A stretch of DNA of 63,333 bases from an uncultured Thermomicrobiales bacterium (GCA_964577155.1 CAZNYB010000010.1:1-63333); one strand, 5' to 3'. Positions 1 through 10,567 are shown, counted from the stretch's first letter. A program made the numbers and translations. Notes: a model not told the origin generated them from the letters alone.

Positions 1-329
1 TCAAGGAAAAATAGCGGGCGCGCGCCACCAGCCAGGATGTCATTGACACAATGATTGACGATGTCTGCGCCTATCGAGTGATGTTGCCGGGCTAATATAG
101 CAATCTTTAATTTGGTCCCGACCCCGTCGATACTGGCAACGAGGGTTGCCTGGTCCCCGGCGGGACCAACGCGGTAAAACCCGCCGAAATGGCCAAGACC
201 TCTCAGGACCCGAGGATTGAATGTTGATTCGACAGCGTTTTTGATGCCGTCGATGACATTGTCGCTTGCTTCAAGATCGACTCCGGACTTCTGATAATCC
301 CAGCCGTCGATCCGTTCATCGGAAGTCAT
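1..329 (-). CDS. purM: Phosphoribosylformylglycinamidine cyclo-ligase (AIR synthase), 5' part; runs off the window
   Basis: Not in the ORF track. Manual translation from ATG at 329 gives MTSDERIDGWDYQKSGVD...SIDGVGTKLKIA...HCVNDILAGGARPLFFL, with PurM motifs Y..SGVD, DGVGTK and VND. RBS AAGGAGG upstream. Confidence 0.93.
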   Translation of the reverse strand, partial: MTSDERIDGWDYQKSGVDLEASDNVIDGIKNAVESTFNPRVLRGLGHFGGFYRVGPAGDQATLVASIDGVGTKLKIAILARQHHSIGADIVNHCVNDILAGGARPLFFL

Positions 330-368
330 AGTCCCTCCTTGCCAGGCTGGCCATGTAACTGGAGGGCA

Positions 369-743
369 CTAAATCGAGTCAAATCCCTCGCGAACCGAGT
401 TTACCGTCCGGGAGAGAATCAGGCGGGATTGACCTAGGTTCATCGCTCCGGGTTCAGAGACCATGAGAAGCAGGTACTCATCGTTGAGCGGCGCCATTGT
501 AACGATGCTGTTCTCGAATTCAAGGGTCGTAATGCGGGCATCCTGCTCTCCTAGCTCCTGAGAGAGCCCGTCCATCATCATCAGACCAGGAGCAGCAACT
601 GCGGCAATTGCCTCTGCATCGACGTCAGGCAAAGATTCTGACTCTAATATAAGGCCATCACGGCTGACGACCGCAAGCATTGAGAGAGACGTGCTGCTGT
701 GAACGTCTCGAATCGTATCCCGTAGTTTTTCCGTTCCAGTCAT
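369..743 (-). CDS. Roadblock/LC7 (MglB-like) domain protein
   Basis: 124 aa; VVSRDGLILES, DAEAIAAVAA and MNLGQSRL match the roadblock/LC7 pattern; AGGAG RBS. Confidence 0.85.
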   Translation of the reverse strand: MTGTEKLRDTIRDVHSSTSLSMLAVVSRDGLILESESLPDVDAEAIAAVAAPGLMMMDGLSQELGEQDARITTLEFENSIVTMAPLNDEYLLLMVSEPGAMNLGQSRLILSRTVNSVREGFDSI

Positions 744-862
744 CCAGTCTCTCCTACTCAGCCGCTAGCCAAAGCGTCTCCCATTGTTGCTGCATTATAA
801 CGACGCCTGCATCAGTTCTCGAGAGCGTTGCAAGTGAGCCAGGTATCAGACGTAACTGTGCT

Positions 863-2194
863 CTAGGTTGATACCGGTTGCTGGACGAGAAAGTCATCGA
901 AGCGCGATCGCAAACGTGAAGGCACCTGGCCTTTGATGATCGTGCCGTCTTCCACATATTCCTCACACTCGATCTGACCCATGCGGTGAAAAATACCTAC
1001 CAGTTCTGACCGGGTATATGGGATGCATACTTCCAGGGTTATGTAGTCGAACGCTGATGCAACCGACTCTTCGATCCGCTGAAGTAGCTGATCGAGCCCT
1101 TCTCCGGTTGCAGCCGAGACTGGCAGATAATCGTCCGGTAGATCTTCGTCAAGAAACAACGACCGCCCATTTTCCGAAGAATGATCGACCCTGTCTATTT
1201 TATTGAGCGCCGTTAGCACCGGCTTATCTTCGACCGAAAGTTCATCAAGGACCGCAACGACTGTATCCGCCTGTTCGACAGCGTTTGGATGGGTGACATC
1301 CAGCACGTGTAGCAAGACGGTTGCTTCTTCGATCTCTTCAAGCGTTGCCCGAAAGGCGGCGATGAGCGTCGGCGGCAAATTGTGAATAAATCCCACCGTA
1401 TCCGTCAGCAACACGGTTCTTCCGCCAGGCAGGTCAACCTTTCGCGTCGTCGGATCGAGTGTTGCGAAGAGCTGGTCTTCTTCAAGCACATTTGCATCGG
1501 TGATGCGATTGAGTAGTGTCGATTTACCTGCGTTGGTATAACCAACCATGGCGACAATCGGAATCGCATTCTGGCGTCGCCGTCGTCTGTATAACTCGCG
1601 GTGCCGGTGAACCTGGCTGAGTTGGGTCTTGATGGTGTGTATTCGACGTTCGGCAAGCCTCCGGTCGACTTCAAGCTGAGTTTCGCCTGGCCCGCGAAGA
1701 CCTACTCCCCCGATCGCCTGCCGAGACAGGTGTGTCCACATCCGTGTCAATCGTGGCAGCCGGTACTCCAGCTGCGCCAGCTCAACCTGAAGTCGTCCTT
1801 CATGGGTAACTGCGTGACGAGCGAAGATATCCAGAATGAGCGTTGGTCGGTCGATTATTTTTATGTTCTGGGCTTCGGCATCCAGTATCGCCTCGATGTT
1901 GCGAGCCTGGGCAGGAGAAAGTTCATCGTCTATCACCACAACCACAGCCTGGCTGGCCTCTCGTAAAATCTTGACTTCCTCGAGTTTCCCTTTGCCGACA
2001 TAGGTGCGTGGATTGGGGTGGTTCAGCGTTTGTGTGACGGTGGCGACGACCTCGAGACTCGCTGTTTCGCAAAGAAGAGTTAGCTCGTCAAGCGCGGCTT
2101 CCTGGCTCCAGCCGTCATTGCGGTAGCCTACTCGCACAAGAACCGCTCGTTCCGGAGGAGACTGGATTTTGGTCAGATGTTCAGGTTGAGTCAA
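863..2194 (-). CDS. hflX: Ribosome-splitting GTPase HflX
   Basis: GKGKLEE, LILDIFA, GPGETQLEVDRR, G1 GYTNAGKS, LFATLDPT, DTVGFI, NKID. Confidence 0.97.
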   Translation of the reverse strand: MTQPEHLTKIQSPPERAVLVRVGYRNDGWSQEAALDELTLLCETASLEVVATVTQTLNHPNPRTYVGKGKLEEVKILREASQAVVVVIDDELSPAQARNIEAILDAEAQNIKIIDRPTLILDIFARHAVTHEGRLQVELAQLEYRLPRLTRMWTHLSRQAIGGVGLRGPGETQLEVDRRLAERRIHTIKTQLSQVHRHRELYRRRRRQNAIPIVAMVGYTNAGKSTLLNRITDANVLEEDQLFATLDPTTRKVDLPGGRTVLLTDTVGFIHNLPPTLIAAFRATLEEIEEATVLLHVLDVTHPNAVEQADTVVAVLDELSVEDKPVLTALNKIDRVDHSSENGRSLFLDEDLPDDYLPVSAATGEGLDQLLQRIEESVASAFDYITLEVCIPYTRSELVGIFHRMGQIECEEYVEDGTIIKGQVPSRLRSRFDDFLVQQPVST

Positions 2195-2357
2195 GTTACT
2201 CCAAACTATTTACTGATAACGATATTTGAACCAGTTGGCAGCCCGATTTTAACACCGCAAGCCTATATAAACGCCAGGCATTTTATTGATATCACTATCG
2301 ATATGGTGTCCCTGAAACGGGAATCGACGAAAACCGGGATGTGTCCGGCAACAGAGT

Positions 2358-3119
2358 CTACGTAAGACCCGTAAACACAACATTCTCTCTGGACACTGCC
2401 GGGTGCGGCGTGAGATCACGTTCGGAGTAGATCCCCCGCATATCTGGCGGCAGGAGCCTGGCAAGCTCGATCATGATTGCGTCAGTGAGTTCAGGGAGTG
2501 AATACCTTTTTCCGTGGTTATCTTCAGCGGAGAGCATGAATGGCTCACCAATATGCACTTCAACTCGAGGCCAACCGCTGGATCCTTCACGTTGTTTGAC
2601 ACCGTTAAACGGCAGATCAACCGAACCGATAATGACCATCGGAATGACAGGCGCATTCGAACGGAGCGCGACGAGACTGGCCCCCGCAAATGGCTCCTTC
2701 AATCCACCTGAAACAGAACGGGTACCTTCCGGGAACATTGCAACGGGCAATCCTTCATCGAGAATCGATGCAGCAGTTCTCAACGCCGCGCGATCTGGTG
2801 ATCCACGCTTGACCAGAAAACAACCCGCCTGTCTGGCAATCCACCAGGCTACCGGATAATCCGCGATTTCTTCCTTGCCCATCCAGAAAATCGGGCGAGG
2901 CATACCGGAGTAGATGAGCATTGGATCACCATTGTGGAGGTGATTCGCCACAACTACTGCGCCTCCCTTTTTCGGGATGTTGGACTGTCCAAGCACTCGG
3001 AACCTGATGACAATCCGCAGCAGTGGAACAAGAAAAATACTGAGGAGCAGGAACGGAATATGCTTGAGACGCCTTCGCTTGGTCAGCCGCCTGTTGAACA
3101 GTCCATCAACGTACGCCAT
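2358..3119 (-). CDS. plsC: Lysophospholipid (1-acyl-sn-glycerol-3-phosphate) acyltransferase
   Basis: NHLHNGD (HxxxxD) and FPEGTRS motifs. Start set at the ATG coupled to the cmk stop (TAATG). Confidence 0.85.
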   Translation of the reverse strand: MAYVDGLFNRRLTKRRRLKHIPFLLLSIFLVPLLRIVIRFRVLGQSNIPKKGGAVVVANHLHNGDPMLIYSGMPRPIFWMGKEEIADYPVAWWIARQAGCFLVKRGSPDRAALRTAASILDEGLPVAMFPEGTRSVSGGLKEPFAGASLVALRSNAPVIPMVIIGSVDLPFNGVKQREGSSGWPRVEVHIGEPFMLSAEDNHGKRYSLPELTDAIMIELARLLPPDMRGIYSERDLTPHPAVSRENVVFTGLT

Positions 3120-3835
3120 TAGCTTTCTCCGGATAACGTAAAGTGATGCTTGACGAGGCAAACAATTTCTTTCGCTGTTTCCCCGGGAGTTAAACCATCA
3201 GAGTCAATGATTACTGCGTCGTCAGCAGGTTTCAAAGGTGCGACCGATCTCGTGGAATCGAGCTCATCCCGAAGACGAACTTGTTCCATTACACGTTCAA
3301 TCGAGACGTCTTCTCCCCGGGCAAGGAAGTCTAGCTGGCGACGTCTGGCGCGTTCCTCAACTGATGCCTCCAGATAGATTTTCACGTCCGCGTCAGGTAA
3401 TACCACTGTGCCGATATCACGCCCCAGCAGAACGACGCGACCGGTGGATCCAATCTCGCGCTGCATGTCGAGCAGCGCTGCTCTGACGCCGGGGTATGCG
3501 GATACTATCGAGAGACCGCTGTCCGCTCCGAGTTCCTGCAGCGCCCACGTCACTTCAGTACCGTTCACAAAAATTTTCAACACCGAATTATTATCGACAA
3601 TTTCTTGTTTGATACAAAAATCGAGCTTATTGGCTATTGCCGTTACCGCTTCAGCGTTGCGAACGTCTACAGATCCTTCCAGCACCGCCCAGGCAACTGC
3701 CCGGTAGAGCAGTCCGGTATCGAAGCAAATAGCGTCTATCTGGTTGGCAACGAGCCTACCGACTGTCGACTTTCCGGAAGCTGCTGGTCCATCGATAGCT
3801 ATTGCGAACTGTTCGGGGAGAAAACAGAGTGTCAT
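3119..3835 (-). CDS. cmk: Cytidylate kinase
   Basis: IAIDGPAASGKST, DTGLLYR, GRDIGTVVLPDA, RDELDSTR. Confidence 0.96.
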   Translation of the reverse strand: MTLCFLPEQFAIAIDGPAASGKSTVGRLVANQIDAICFDTGLLYRAVAWAVLEGSVDVRNAEAVTAIANKLDFCIKQEIVDNNSVLKIFVNGTEVTWALQELGADSGLSIVSAYPGVRAALLDMQREIGSTGRVVLLGRDIGTVVLPDADVKIYLEASVEERARRRQLDFLARGEDVSIERVMEQVRLRDELDSTRSVAPLKPADDAVIIDSDGLTPGETAKEIVCLVKHHFTLSGES

Positions 3836-4632
3836 CGTGATTTCGGCCGGCGTTTGGAGGCGGATGAGTGGTTCTCGTCAGGACGGCGCACATGTACCGC
3901 TTCCTCGATCTGCTGCAGTTCGCCCGGAGTCAGTTCGCGCCATTCTCCGCGTTTAACATTGCCAAGTTGTAGCGGACCGATTCGCGTTCTTTTCAGTTTC
4001 CGAACCGGGTAACCAACCGATTCAAACATGCGGCGCACGATTCTGTTGCGGCCTTCATGGATTACGATCCTGACAACCGTTCCTTCATCAGTGAGACGTA
4101 GTGGACGAACTTGCGTAGGAACAGTAAGGATGCCGTCGACAGTTACACCTTTGCGGATTCGATTGAGTACTTCTGGCGGGGGAAAACCGTCCAGTAGAGC
4201 TTCGTATTCCTTTTCGATTTCAAACTGCGGATGCATGACGTGATAAGCAAGCGTGCCATCGTTGGTGAGTAGCAGCAGACCCTCGGTTGGACGATCCAGT
4301 CTGCCAACCGGCACGACTCGCTCTGGCACGTCGACCAGTTTCATCACTGTGTCACGACCTCGCTCATCGGAAGTGGTGGTGATGTAACCCGACGGCTTAT
4401 TGAGCATAATATAGCGTTTTTCTTCACGCCGTATCTGTTTGCCATCGACCGCCACCGTTTGACCGGGAAAAACCTTGACGCCAAGCGTCGTTGTGACGTT
4501 CCCGTCAATACTAACCCTGCCTGCCTTGATCATCTCCTCGGACTGGCGACGGGAAGCGACACCGTGCGATGCCATCACCTTCTGCAGGCGTTCACCTTTC
4601 GGTTCTTCTGTGCCAGTCGTTGTATCACTCAT
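3832..4632 (-). CDS. rluB: rRNA pseudouridine synthase (RluB/RsuA family) with S4 domain
   Basis: ERLQKVMA...SRR (S4), NKPSG, GRLD catalytic Asp, EGRNRIVRR; adjacent to cmk. Start moved to MSDTT. Confidence 0.88.
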   Translation of the reverse strand: MSDTTTGTEEPKGERLQKVMASHGVASRRQSEEMIKAGRVSIDGNVTTTLGVKVFPGQTVAVDGKQIRREEKRYIMLNKPSGYITTTSDERGRDTVMKLVDVPERVVPVGRLDRPTEGLLLLTNDGTLAYHVMHPQFEIEKEYEALLDGFPPPEVLNRIRKGVTVDGILTVPTQVRPLRLTDEGTVVRIVIHEGRNRIVRRMFESVGYPVRKLKRTRIGPLQLGNVKRGEWRELTPGELQQIEEAVHVRRPDENHSSASKRRPKSR

Positions 4633-4651
4633 GAAGGCAAGGGTACTCCTG

Positions 4652-5800
4652 TCAGTTGATCTCGTAAACCGGCAGTACGGCAATAGATTGACCGGATATT
4701 GTGAAACTGACTCTGCCGCGTTTGCCGTCCACCGCCACTGTCTCGTTGTAGTTCCAGTCGAGGCTCGAAACCGAGGATGAAGGCACGGCGACGGTTCGGC
4801 TCACTGGCATCCTGAGCCCTTCGGCCGCCAGATAGTCGCGCGCGCCGTCGGACTCCGAGTTGCCACCAAACTGCAACCAGGTAACAGCGCCATCAACGGC
4901 TCCTAATATGGCATTCGTGTCATCGTAGCGGAATTGACTTCCCAGCACCACCGTGATGATTGTATTCTCACCACGTTTTACCGCATTTACCAGACATTCT
5001 CCTGACAGTTCTGTCGTGCCGGTTTTTATCCCGATCGATCCTTCTCCGTAGAGAACATAGTGGTTTGAATTCTCAATGATGATTTCCCGGGCATTCGGAC
5101 CTTCTGCACGAACTACAGCCCAGGGGGTTGCGACGATGTGACTAAGCAGCCAGTCGGATAGTACCGCTTCAGATGCCCGGACGAGATCGCGCGCCGTCAT
5201 TTTCGTCATCTCGTTGTCAAAGCCGACCGGATCCGAAAAGTGCGAACCAGTCATTCCAAGCGCAAGCGCAGCATTATTCATCTCGCCGACAAAACGTCCA
5301 ACTGGATCCGGCGTACCCGGTTCGAGCCTGTCTCCAGCAATTCGCGCCAGTGCGAGACTTGCATCCCCGCCTGAAGGCAACAGCACACCGTAGAGCAGAT
5401 CATGAACGGATGCCTGGTCGCCAGGCAGGAGTCCAACCGCGGAAAACTCTTCAGGCAATATATCAGCCTCGGTAATGGTGATTACCTCATTGCGGTCGAG
5501 AATTCGTGACGCAACCAAAGCCGTCATAATTTTAACCGTACTGGCCGGCGGGAGTGGGACATCGGGATTATGAGCGTAGAGCTCTTGACCACTGGTGAGA
5601 TCCACTGCTATCGCCGCATTTGCGGTGATCTGCGGCGCAATACCTGATATGGCGTTGAAGGCGGGAGTAGCCGCTGTTTCATGTATGAGCGGTGGCTGGA
5701 GCGAGGCGAAAACCAGGCTGAATAGCATGACGATGACAGAGACTCGAACGTTGATGTTTCCTCCACAGACAACCGCTACGAACCGAAGTCCATTTATCAT
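4652..5800 (-). CDS. D-alanyl-D-alanine carboxypeptidase (peptidase S11)
   Basis: Signal/TM segment, PASTVKIMT (SxxK), LLPSGGDA, GIKTGTT (KTG). Confidence 0.88.
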   Translation of the reverse strand: MINGLRFVAVVCGGNINVRVSVIVMLFSLVFASLQPPLIHETAATPAFNAISGIAPQITANAAIAVDLTSGQELYAHNPDVPLPPASTVKIMTALVASRILDRNEVITITEADILPEEFSAVGLLPGDQASVHDLLYGVLLPSGGDASLALARIAGDRLEPGTPDPVGRFVGEMNNAALALGMTGSHFSDPVGFDNEMTKMTARDLVRASEAVLSDWLLSHIVATPWAVVRAEGPNAREIIIENSNHYVLYGEGSIGIKTGTTELSGECLVNAVKRGENTIITVVLGSQFRYDDTNAILGAVDGAVTWLQFGGNSESDGARDYLAAEGLRMPVSRTVAVPSSSVSSLDWNYNETVAVDGKRGRVSFTISGQSIAVLPVYEIN

Positions 5801-5900
5801 GTAGTATATGCGCTGTTTGTTTGGTCACGCGACCCGATGTTACGATTTTTCCCGTACCGCACTGTTGGTTGAATCAGTTCCGAATGCATGGAGTTACTCA

Positions 5901-6986
5901 ATGAAGCGGCTTGTCCGCGAAACAATCCTTAATCTGCATCCATATGAACCGGTGATGTCGGCTGAATCCCTTTCCCACCGGCTCGGAATGCCGATGGACA
6001 TGATTGTTAAACTCGACTCGAACGAAAATCCGTACGGTCCTTCTATTCTGGTCCAGGAAGCGCTGGCAACGAACGACCTGTTCCATCGTTATCCTGACTC
6101 GATGGCAGAGCAGGTCCGGGAACGACTGGCAATGTACGCTGGTTCCTCTGCAAAAAGGATCGTCATCGGAGCAGGTTCCGATGAACTCATTGACCTTATT
6201 CTGATGATGACGATTGATCCAGGTGACAGTGTAATCATTCCGGTGCCAACATTTGGCGTTTATCACACTCGCACAACGATTTTCGGCGGAGAACCTGTTC
6301 AAATACCTCGAAATGGGGATTTTGGGCTTGATATGGATCGGATCATCCAGTCGATTGATGCCCGCACCAAGGCTATTTTCATCTGTTCCCCAAACAACCC
6401 CTCCGGAAACCCGGCTACCAATCAGGAAGTGGTGCGACTGCTTGAAACAGGCATTCTCGTCGTCGTGGATGAAGCGTATTTCGAGTTCTCTGGAAAGACA
6501 GTGCTACCTCTGACCCGGGAATTTGATAATTTGATCGTGCTCAGAACGTTTTCAAAGTGGGCAGGTATCGCTGGTTTGCGATTTGGCTACGCAATTCTGC
6601 CGGAGTTGCTCGTTGATCAGCTCTGGAAGGTAAAACCTCCATTCAATGTCAGTTCGGCGGCGATGGTCGCGGCAGAAGCCTCGCTCGATGACCTTGAGTA
6701 TTTGCACATGTCGATCAACCGGATCCGCAACGAACAACGGCGACTGCACAGACGACTGGAACAGTTGGACTACCTGAGTACCTACCCGAGCGTTGCCAAT
6801 TTCATTCTTGCAAAAGTCATTCGGGGTGACGCCCAGGACATTTTTCAACGGTTGGCGGATCGGGGAATCATGATTCGCAATTTTGGTCCAGGGCCGATGC
6901 AACAATATTTACGATTCAGCGTCGGACGTCCTGAAGACACGACGAGGCTGATCGAAGCGCTGGAGACGATAGGTTCGCGGGTTTAG
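5901..6986 (+). CDS. hisC: Histidinol-phosphate aminotransferase
   Basis: KLDSNENPY, GAGSDELI, PNNPSG, DEAYFEF, RTFSKWAGIAGLRFG (PLP Lys). Start at the ATG after GGAG. Confidence 0.93.
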   Translation: MKRLVRETILNLHPYEPVMSAESLSHRLGMPMDMIVKLDSNENPYGPSILVQEALATNDLFHRYPDSMAEQVRERLAMYAGSSAKRIVIGAGSDELIDLILMMTIDPGDSVIIPVPTFGVYHTRTTIFGGEPVQIPRNGDFGLDMDRIIQSIDARTKAIFICSPNNPSGNPATNQEVVRLLETGILVVVDEAYFEFSGKTVLPLTREFDNLIVLRTFSKWAGIAGLRFGYAILPELLVDQLWKVKPPFNVSSAAMVAAEASLDDLEYLHMSINRIRNEQRRLHRRLEQLDYLSTYPSVANFILAKVIRGDAQDIFQRLADRGIMIRNFGPGPMQQYLRFSVGRPEDTTRLIEALETIGSRV

Positions 6987-6987
6987 T

Positions 6988-7716
6988 TCAGGACGCGTTC
7001 GAGATCGCCTCTGCTTGCAACGATGAGAGGTAGTGAATTCCAGGTTCCGCCAGATCCAGCATCGCACTCAGCTGATCCCTGCTGAACGTAGCGCCCTCTG
7101 CACTGCCCTGGATTTCAATTATTTTGCCTCGTGAATCCATGACCAGATTGAGATCTACGTCGGCTTTCGAATCCTCGGCATAGTTGAGATCCAGCCGTGG
7201 TTCACCTGCGACGATGCCTGCGCTTATGGCTGCAACCCGGCTGACAATAGGCGACCGTTTGAGTGTGTTTGTTTCGATCAGCGATTTGACCGCCAGTGAA
7301 AGGGCAACGTAGCCACCGGTGATCGCCGCCGTTCTGGTTCCGCCATCGGCCTGCAACACATCACAATCAATCGTGATCATCCTCGGACCCAATCGTTTGA
7401 AATCAAGACTGGCGCGCAGTGATCTGCCGATGAGTCGTGATATCTCTCTGGATCTGCCCGAATTCGTTCCCCGGTTCCGTTGAATTCGACTCGAAGTTGA
7501 GCGCGGCAACATTGAATACTCAGCAGTAACCCAGCCTGAACCAGAACCAGCGAGCCAGGCGGGAACCTGCTCGTCCACGGACGCCGTACACCAGACCCGG
7601 GTATCTCCAAAGGCTATGAGCGCTGAACCTTCCGCGTTTGGAGCCATGCCACATTCAATCGTGACCTGACGCATTTCACTGTTCGAACGCCCAGCTCGCT
7701 TCAACGTCAGACTCAT
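6988..7716 (-). CDS. rph: Ribonuclease PH
   Basis: GWVTAEYSMLPRST, EISRLIGRSLRA, DCDVLQADGGTRTA. Confidence 0.97.
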   Translation of the reverse strand: MSLTLKRAGRSNSEMRQVTIECGMAPNAEGSALIAFGDTRVWCTASVDEQVPAWLAGSGSGWVTAEYSMLPRSTSSRIQRNRGTNSGRSREISRLIGRSLRASLDFKRLGPRMITIDCDVLQADGGTRTAAITGGYVALSLAVKSLIETNTLKRSPIVSRVAAISAGIVAGEPRLDLNYAEDSKADVDLNLVMDSRGKIIEIQGSAEGATFSRDQLSAMLDLAEPGIHYLSSLQAEAISNAS

Positions 7717-9056
7717 GATGACTCCTGTTGTTCTTGTCGTTGTAGCTTGAGATGACGCCGTTTTATTGTCCGGTCCGCCAGCTCTCTCTCAAATCCGCGC
7801 TTTGTCGGAGAATAATATTCTCGGTGCTGAAGGTTGTTCGGGAGGTTTACCATCGATGTCACGGCTTCAGGATCGTCGTGCGCGTACTGGTATTCTGCTC
7901 CATAACCGATGTCTTTCATTAGTCCAGTCACTGCATTTCGTAAATGCAGCGGTACGGGTTCATTCCTCGTCACCTCTACATCAGCTTCTGCTGCTGCGTA
8001 ACCGGTGTAGAGCGCATTACTTTTCGGGGCTAGCGCGAGATAGACTGCCGCTTGAGCCAGCGCCAACTTACCTTCAGGCAACCCGATGAAATGCACCGCC
8101 TGCTGCGCCGCGACAGTAATCGGCAGTGCCTGCGGGTCTGCCAGACCGACGTCTTCACTGGCGAAACGAACCAGCCTCCTCGCGATGTAGAGCGGGTCGT
8201 CGCCACCATGGATCATTCTGGCCAACCAGTACAGCGTTGCGTCAGCATCAGAATCTCGCATTGATTTATGCAAAGCTGAGATTGCGTCGTAGTGCGAATC
8301 ACCGCTTTTGTCGTAGATCCCGGCTCGCCGGTGAGTCGCCCCGGCAATCATCTGGACGCTGATTTCGTCTCCAATTTCAGCCGCTACGCTGGCCATCTCA
8401 AGTGTGTTGAGCGCGAACCTCGCATCACCGTTAGAAAGGTTGGTGAGCAACGCCATTGCGTCATCGGAGATTGAAATATTCTCGGAGCCAAGACCGCGTA
8501 CTGGATCTTCGATTGCTCGCTGAATAACAGTCCGGATCGAGTTGTCGTCGAGAGACTTCAGCACGATGACTCGTGATCGTGAGAGCAACGGAGCGATAAC
8601 CTCGAACGAAGGGTTTTCTGTCGTCGCGCCAACCAGAATGACTGTACCATCCTCGACATACGGCAGGATCGCGTCTTGCTGCGCTTTGTTGAAGCGATGG
8701 ATTTCATCAATAAACAGCAGCGTCCGCTGCTCTTGCATTCCCAGCCTGTCTGCAGCTTCGGAAACGACTCGACGCAGTTCTGAAACACCAGACGAAACAG
8801 CGGAGATGGCAATAAATGCCGCCCTTGTCTGGTCAGCCAGCAATCTGGCCAGTGTTGTTTTTCCTACACCGGGAGGTCCCCAGAGAATCAATGAGCTGAG
8901 TCTGTCTCGCTCGATCATCTTGCGGAGCAGACTGTCGGAGCCAACAACGTTTTGCTGGCCAACGAACTCGTCCAGCGACCGGGGACGCATCCGCGCCGCG
9001 AGCGGTCCCTGACGGCTAAGTTGCTGTTTTCGATGTTCGTCAAAGAGACTATTCAA
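7713..9056 (-). CDS. rarA: Replication-associated recombination protein A (MgsA/RarA AAA+ ATPase)
   Basis: PLAARMRP, WGPPGVGKT, DEIHRFNKAQQD, GATTENPSF, SALHKSMR, ASEDVG. Confidence 0.96.
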   Translation of the reverse strand: MNSLFDEHRKQQLSRQGPLAARMRPRSLDEFVGQQNVVGSDSLLRKMIERDRLSSLILWGPPGVGKTTLARLLADQTRAAFIAISAVSSGVSELRRVVSEAADRLGMQEQRTLLFIDEIHRFNKAQQDAILPYVEDGTVILVGATTENPSFEVIAPLLSRSRVIVLKSLDDNSIRTVIQRAIEDPVRGLGSENISISDDAMALLTNLSNGDARFALNTLEMASVAAEIGDEISVQMIAGATHRRAGIYDKSGDSHYDAISALHKSMRDSDADATLYWLARMIHGGDDPLYIARRLVRFASEDVGLADPQALPITVAAQQAVHFIGLPEGKLALAQAAVYLALAPKSNALYTGYAAAEADVEVTRNEPVPLHLRNAVTGLMKDIGYGAEYQYAHDDPEAVTSMVNLPNNLQHREYYSPTKRGFERELADRTIKRRHLKLQRQEQQESS

Positions 9057-9074
9057 TAGAGAAGTTCTCCAAAA

Positions 9075-9947
9075 TTAACTCAGTAGTGCCAGAACGATAA
9101 ATGCTGGAACTGCAATAGCAAGACGGATGTAGACAGTAAGGGCAGTAAGCTCGTTCATTATTCGGGAAACCGCCAGGCTGCCAACCACAAAAAACACCAG
9201 CGTAAGTATTGCCCCGCCAATGTACCAGCTGGTATCCCAGTAACTCATGGCCCAGACAGCTTCCGCCAGAACAAGCACAACCACTCCCGTCCAGGCAGCC
9301 GACCAGGGCCAGGCATCGTGTAATCCAGCAAAATGAAGAACCATCATTATCGCGGTCAGAATGCCGACGAGTGGAACGGTGTATCGCAGCGGAGCCTTGA
9401 ACAGATAGATTGCTGAATAGCCCAAAAATGCCAGGAACAGAACAGCTATCAGCAAGCTCGCTACTGGACGCAGACGTTGAATTCGAATCCGGTTGACAAC
9501 CGCATAACGAGCGCTAGCGTAGACGGCAATTGCAATTGTCGTAAGCAAGAGCAGCACGACAATTGAGAGCCACCGGTTATACATCACCAGAAACATTCCG
9601 GCACTGTACGTTGCGATCGATGGACCAATCCAACCCGTGGTTCCAAGTTCAGCTCGTTGCTCGTTGACCACTTCCGCATAACTGATCCGATAGTGAGCGG
9701 CACGATCAGGGTCAACGACATACCAGGCAATGCCAGTGAGTGCCGCGGACAAAAAAACGGCCAGATAGTAGATTCGACCGTCAGCGGAGAGCAGCGGCAC
9801 CTGTGTCGGATCAGGCATGGCTTTCCTGACTGAGATCCCTAGCACGAGGACCAGCAGCCCAGCTATTCCGGCTACCAGCGAGGTACCCAGAATGAGGTGC
9901 TGACGGCGGCTCATATTCTGTCGGTAATTGCGAATCGTGCCGCTCAT
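9075..9947 (-). CDS. Multi-pass membrane protein of unknown function (DUF5656-like)
   Basis: About 9-10 hydrophobic segments; translationally coupled to tsaC. The family label is from recall. Confidence 0.7.
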   Translation of the reverse strand: MSGTIRNYRQNMSRRQHLILGTSLVAGIAGLLVLVLGISVRKAMPDPTQVPLLSADGRIYYLAVFLSAALTGIAWYVVDPDRAAHYRISYAEVVNEQRAELGTTGWIGPSIATYSAGMFLVMYNRWLSIVVLLLLTTIAIAVYASARYAVVNRIRIQRLRPVASLLIAVLFLAFLGYSAIYLFKAPLRYTVPLVGILTAIMMVLHFAGLHDAWPWSAAWTGVVVLVLAEAVWAMSYWDTSWYIGGAILTLVFFVVGSLAVSRIMNELTALTVYIRLAIAVPAFIVLALLS

Positions 9948-10567
9948 GGAAAGATTCCGTCAATACAGGATAGAGCAGATCTGGTGATTGAGCCTTCCCG
10001 GCGGATAATTCCAAACTCACCCGAGAGATCGAGAACTGTCGAAGCCGCCTGCTTGTCCAGCCGCCCGCCATTAAGAACCAGGTCGACGGCATCACCAAAA
10101 ATATCTCGCACCTGGTCAGCAGAGCGTGCTTCTGGCATTCCGGATCGATTCGCACTGGTTACGGCAAGGGCTCCACCGGCTCGGCCAATGAGCTGCAAGG
10201 TCAACGCTTTGTCTGGAATACGCAAGCCAACTGTTGAACCGCCGGCGAGGACATTTGGCGGAACTGCATCTGAAGCCTGGATGATGATTGTGATCGCTCC
10301 TGGCCAGAAGCAGGCGGCAACACGATCGGCCGTATCCGGAATATCGACTCCATACCGTCTCATAAGCCGAGGTGAATCGATCAGGACAGGTAAAGGCTGG
10401 CCAGGATCTCGACCCTTTAGCTCATAAACACGCTCGATCGCATGAGGGTGTTCGAGGGAGGCAGCAAGCCCGTACACCGTGTCAGTAGGAATTGCAATAA
10501 CACCGCCAGAGCGAAGTATCTCTACTGCTTGCGCTATTTCCAGCTTCTGAGCGCTGCTATCAGGCAT
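9944..10567 (-). CDS. tsaC: L-threonylcarbamoyladenylate synthase (TsaC/YrdC/Sua5)
   Basis: PTDTVYGL, KGR, FWPG, TSANRSG, ASTVLD. Start at MPDSS overlapping the uvrC stop. Confidence 0.93.
   Translation of the reverse strand: MPDSSAQKLEIAQAVEILRSGGVIAIPTDTVYGLAASLEHPHAIERVYELKGRDPGQPLPVLIDSPRLMRRYGVDIPDTADRVAACFWPGAITIIIQASDAVPPNVLAGGSTVGLRIPDKALTLQLIGRAGGALAVTSANRSGMPEARSADQVRDIFGDAVDLVLNGGRLDKQAASTVLDLSGEFGIIRREGSITRSALSCIDGIFP

Noticed and set aside
754-966. 70-aa ORF between hflX and the roadblock gene
   Set aside because: Overlaps the hflX 3' end out of frame and has no recognisable features.
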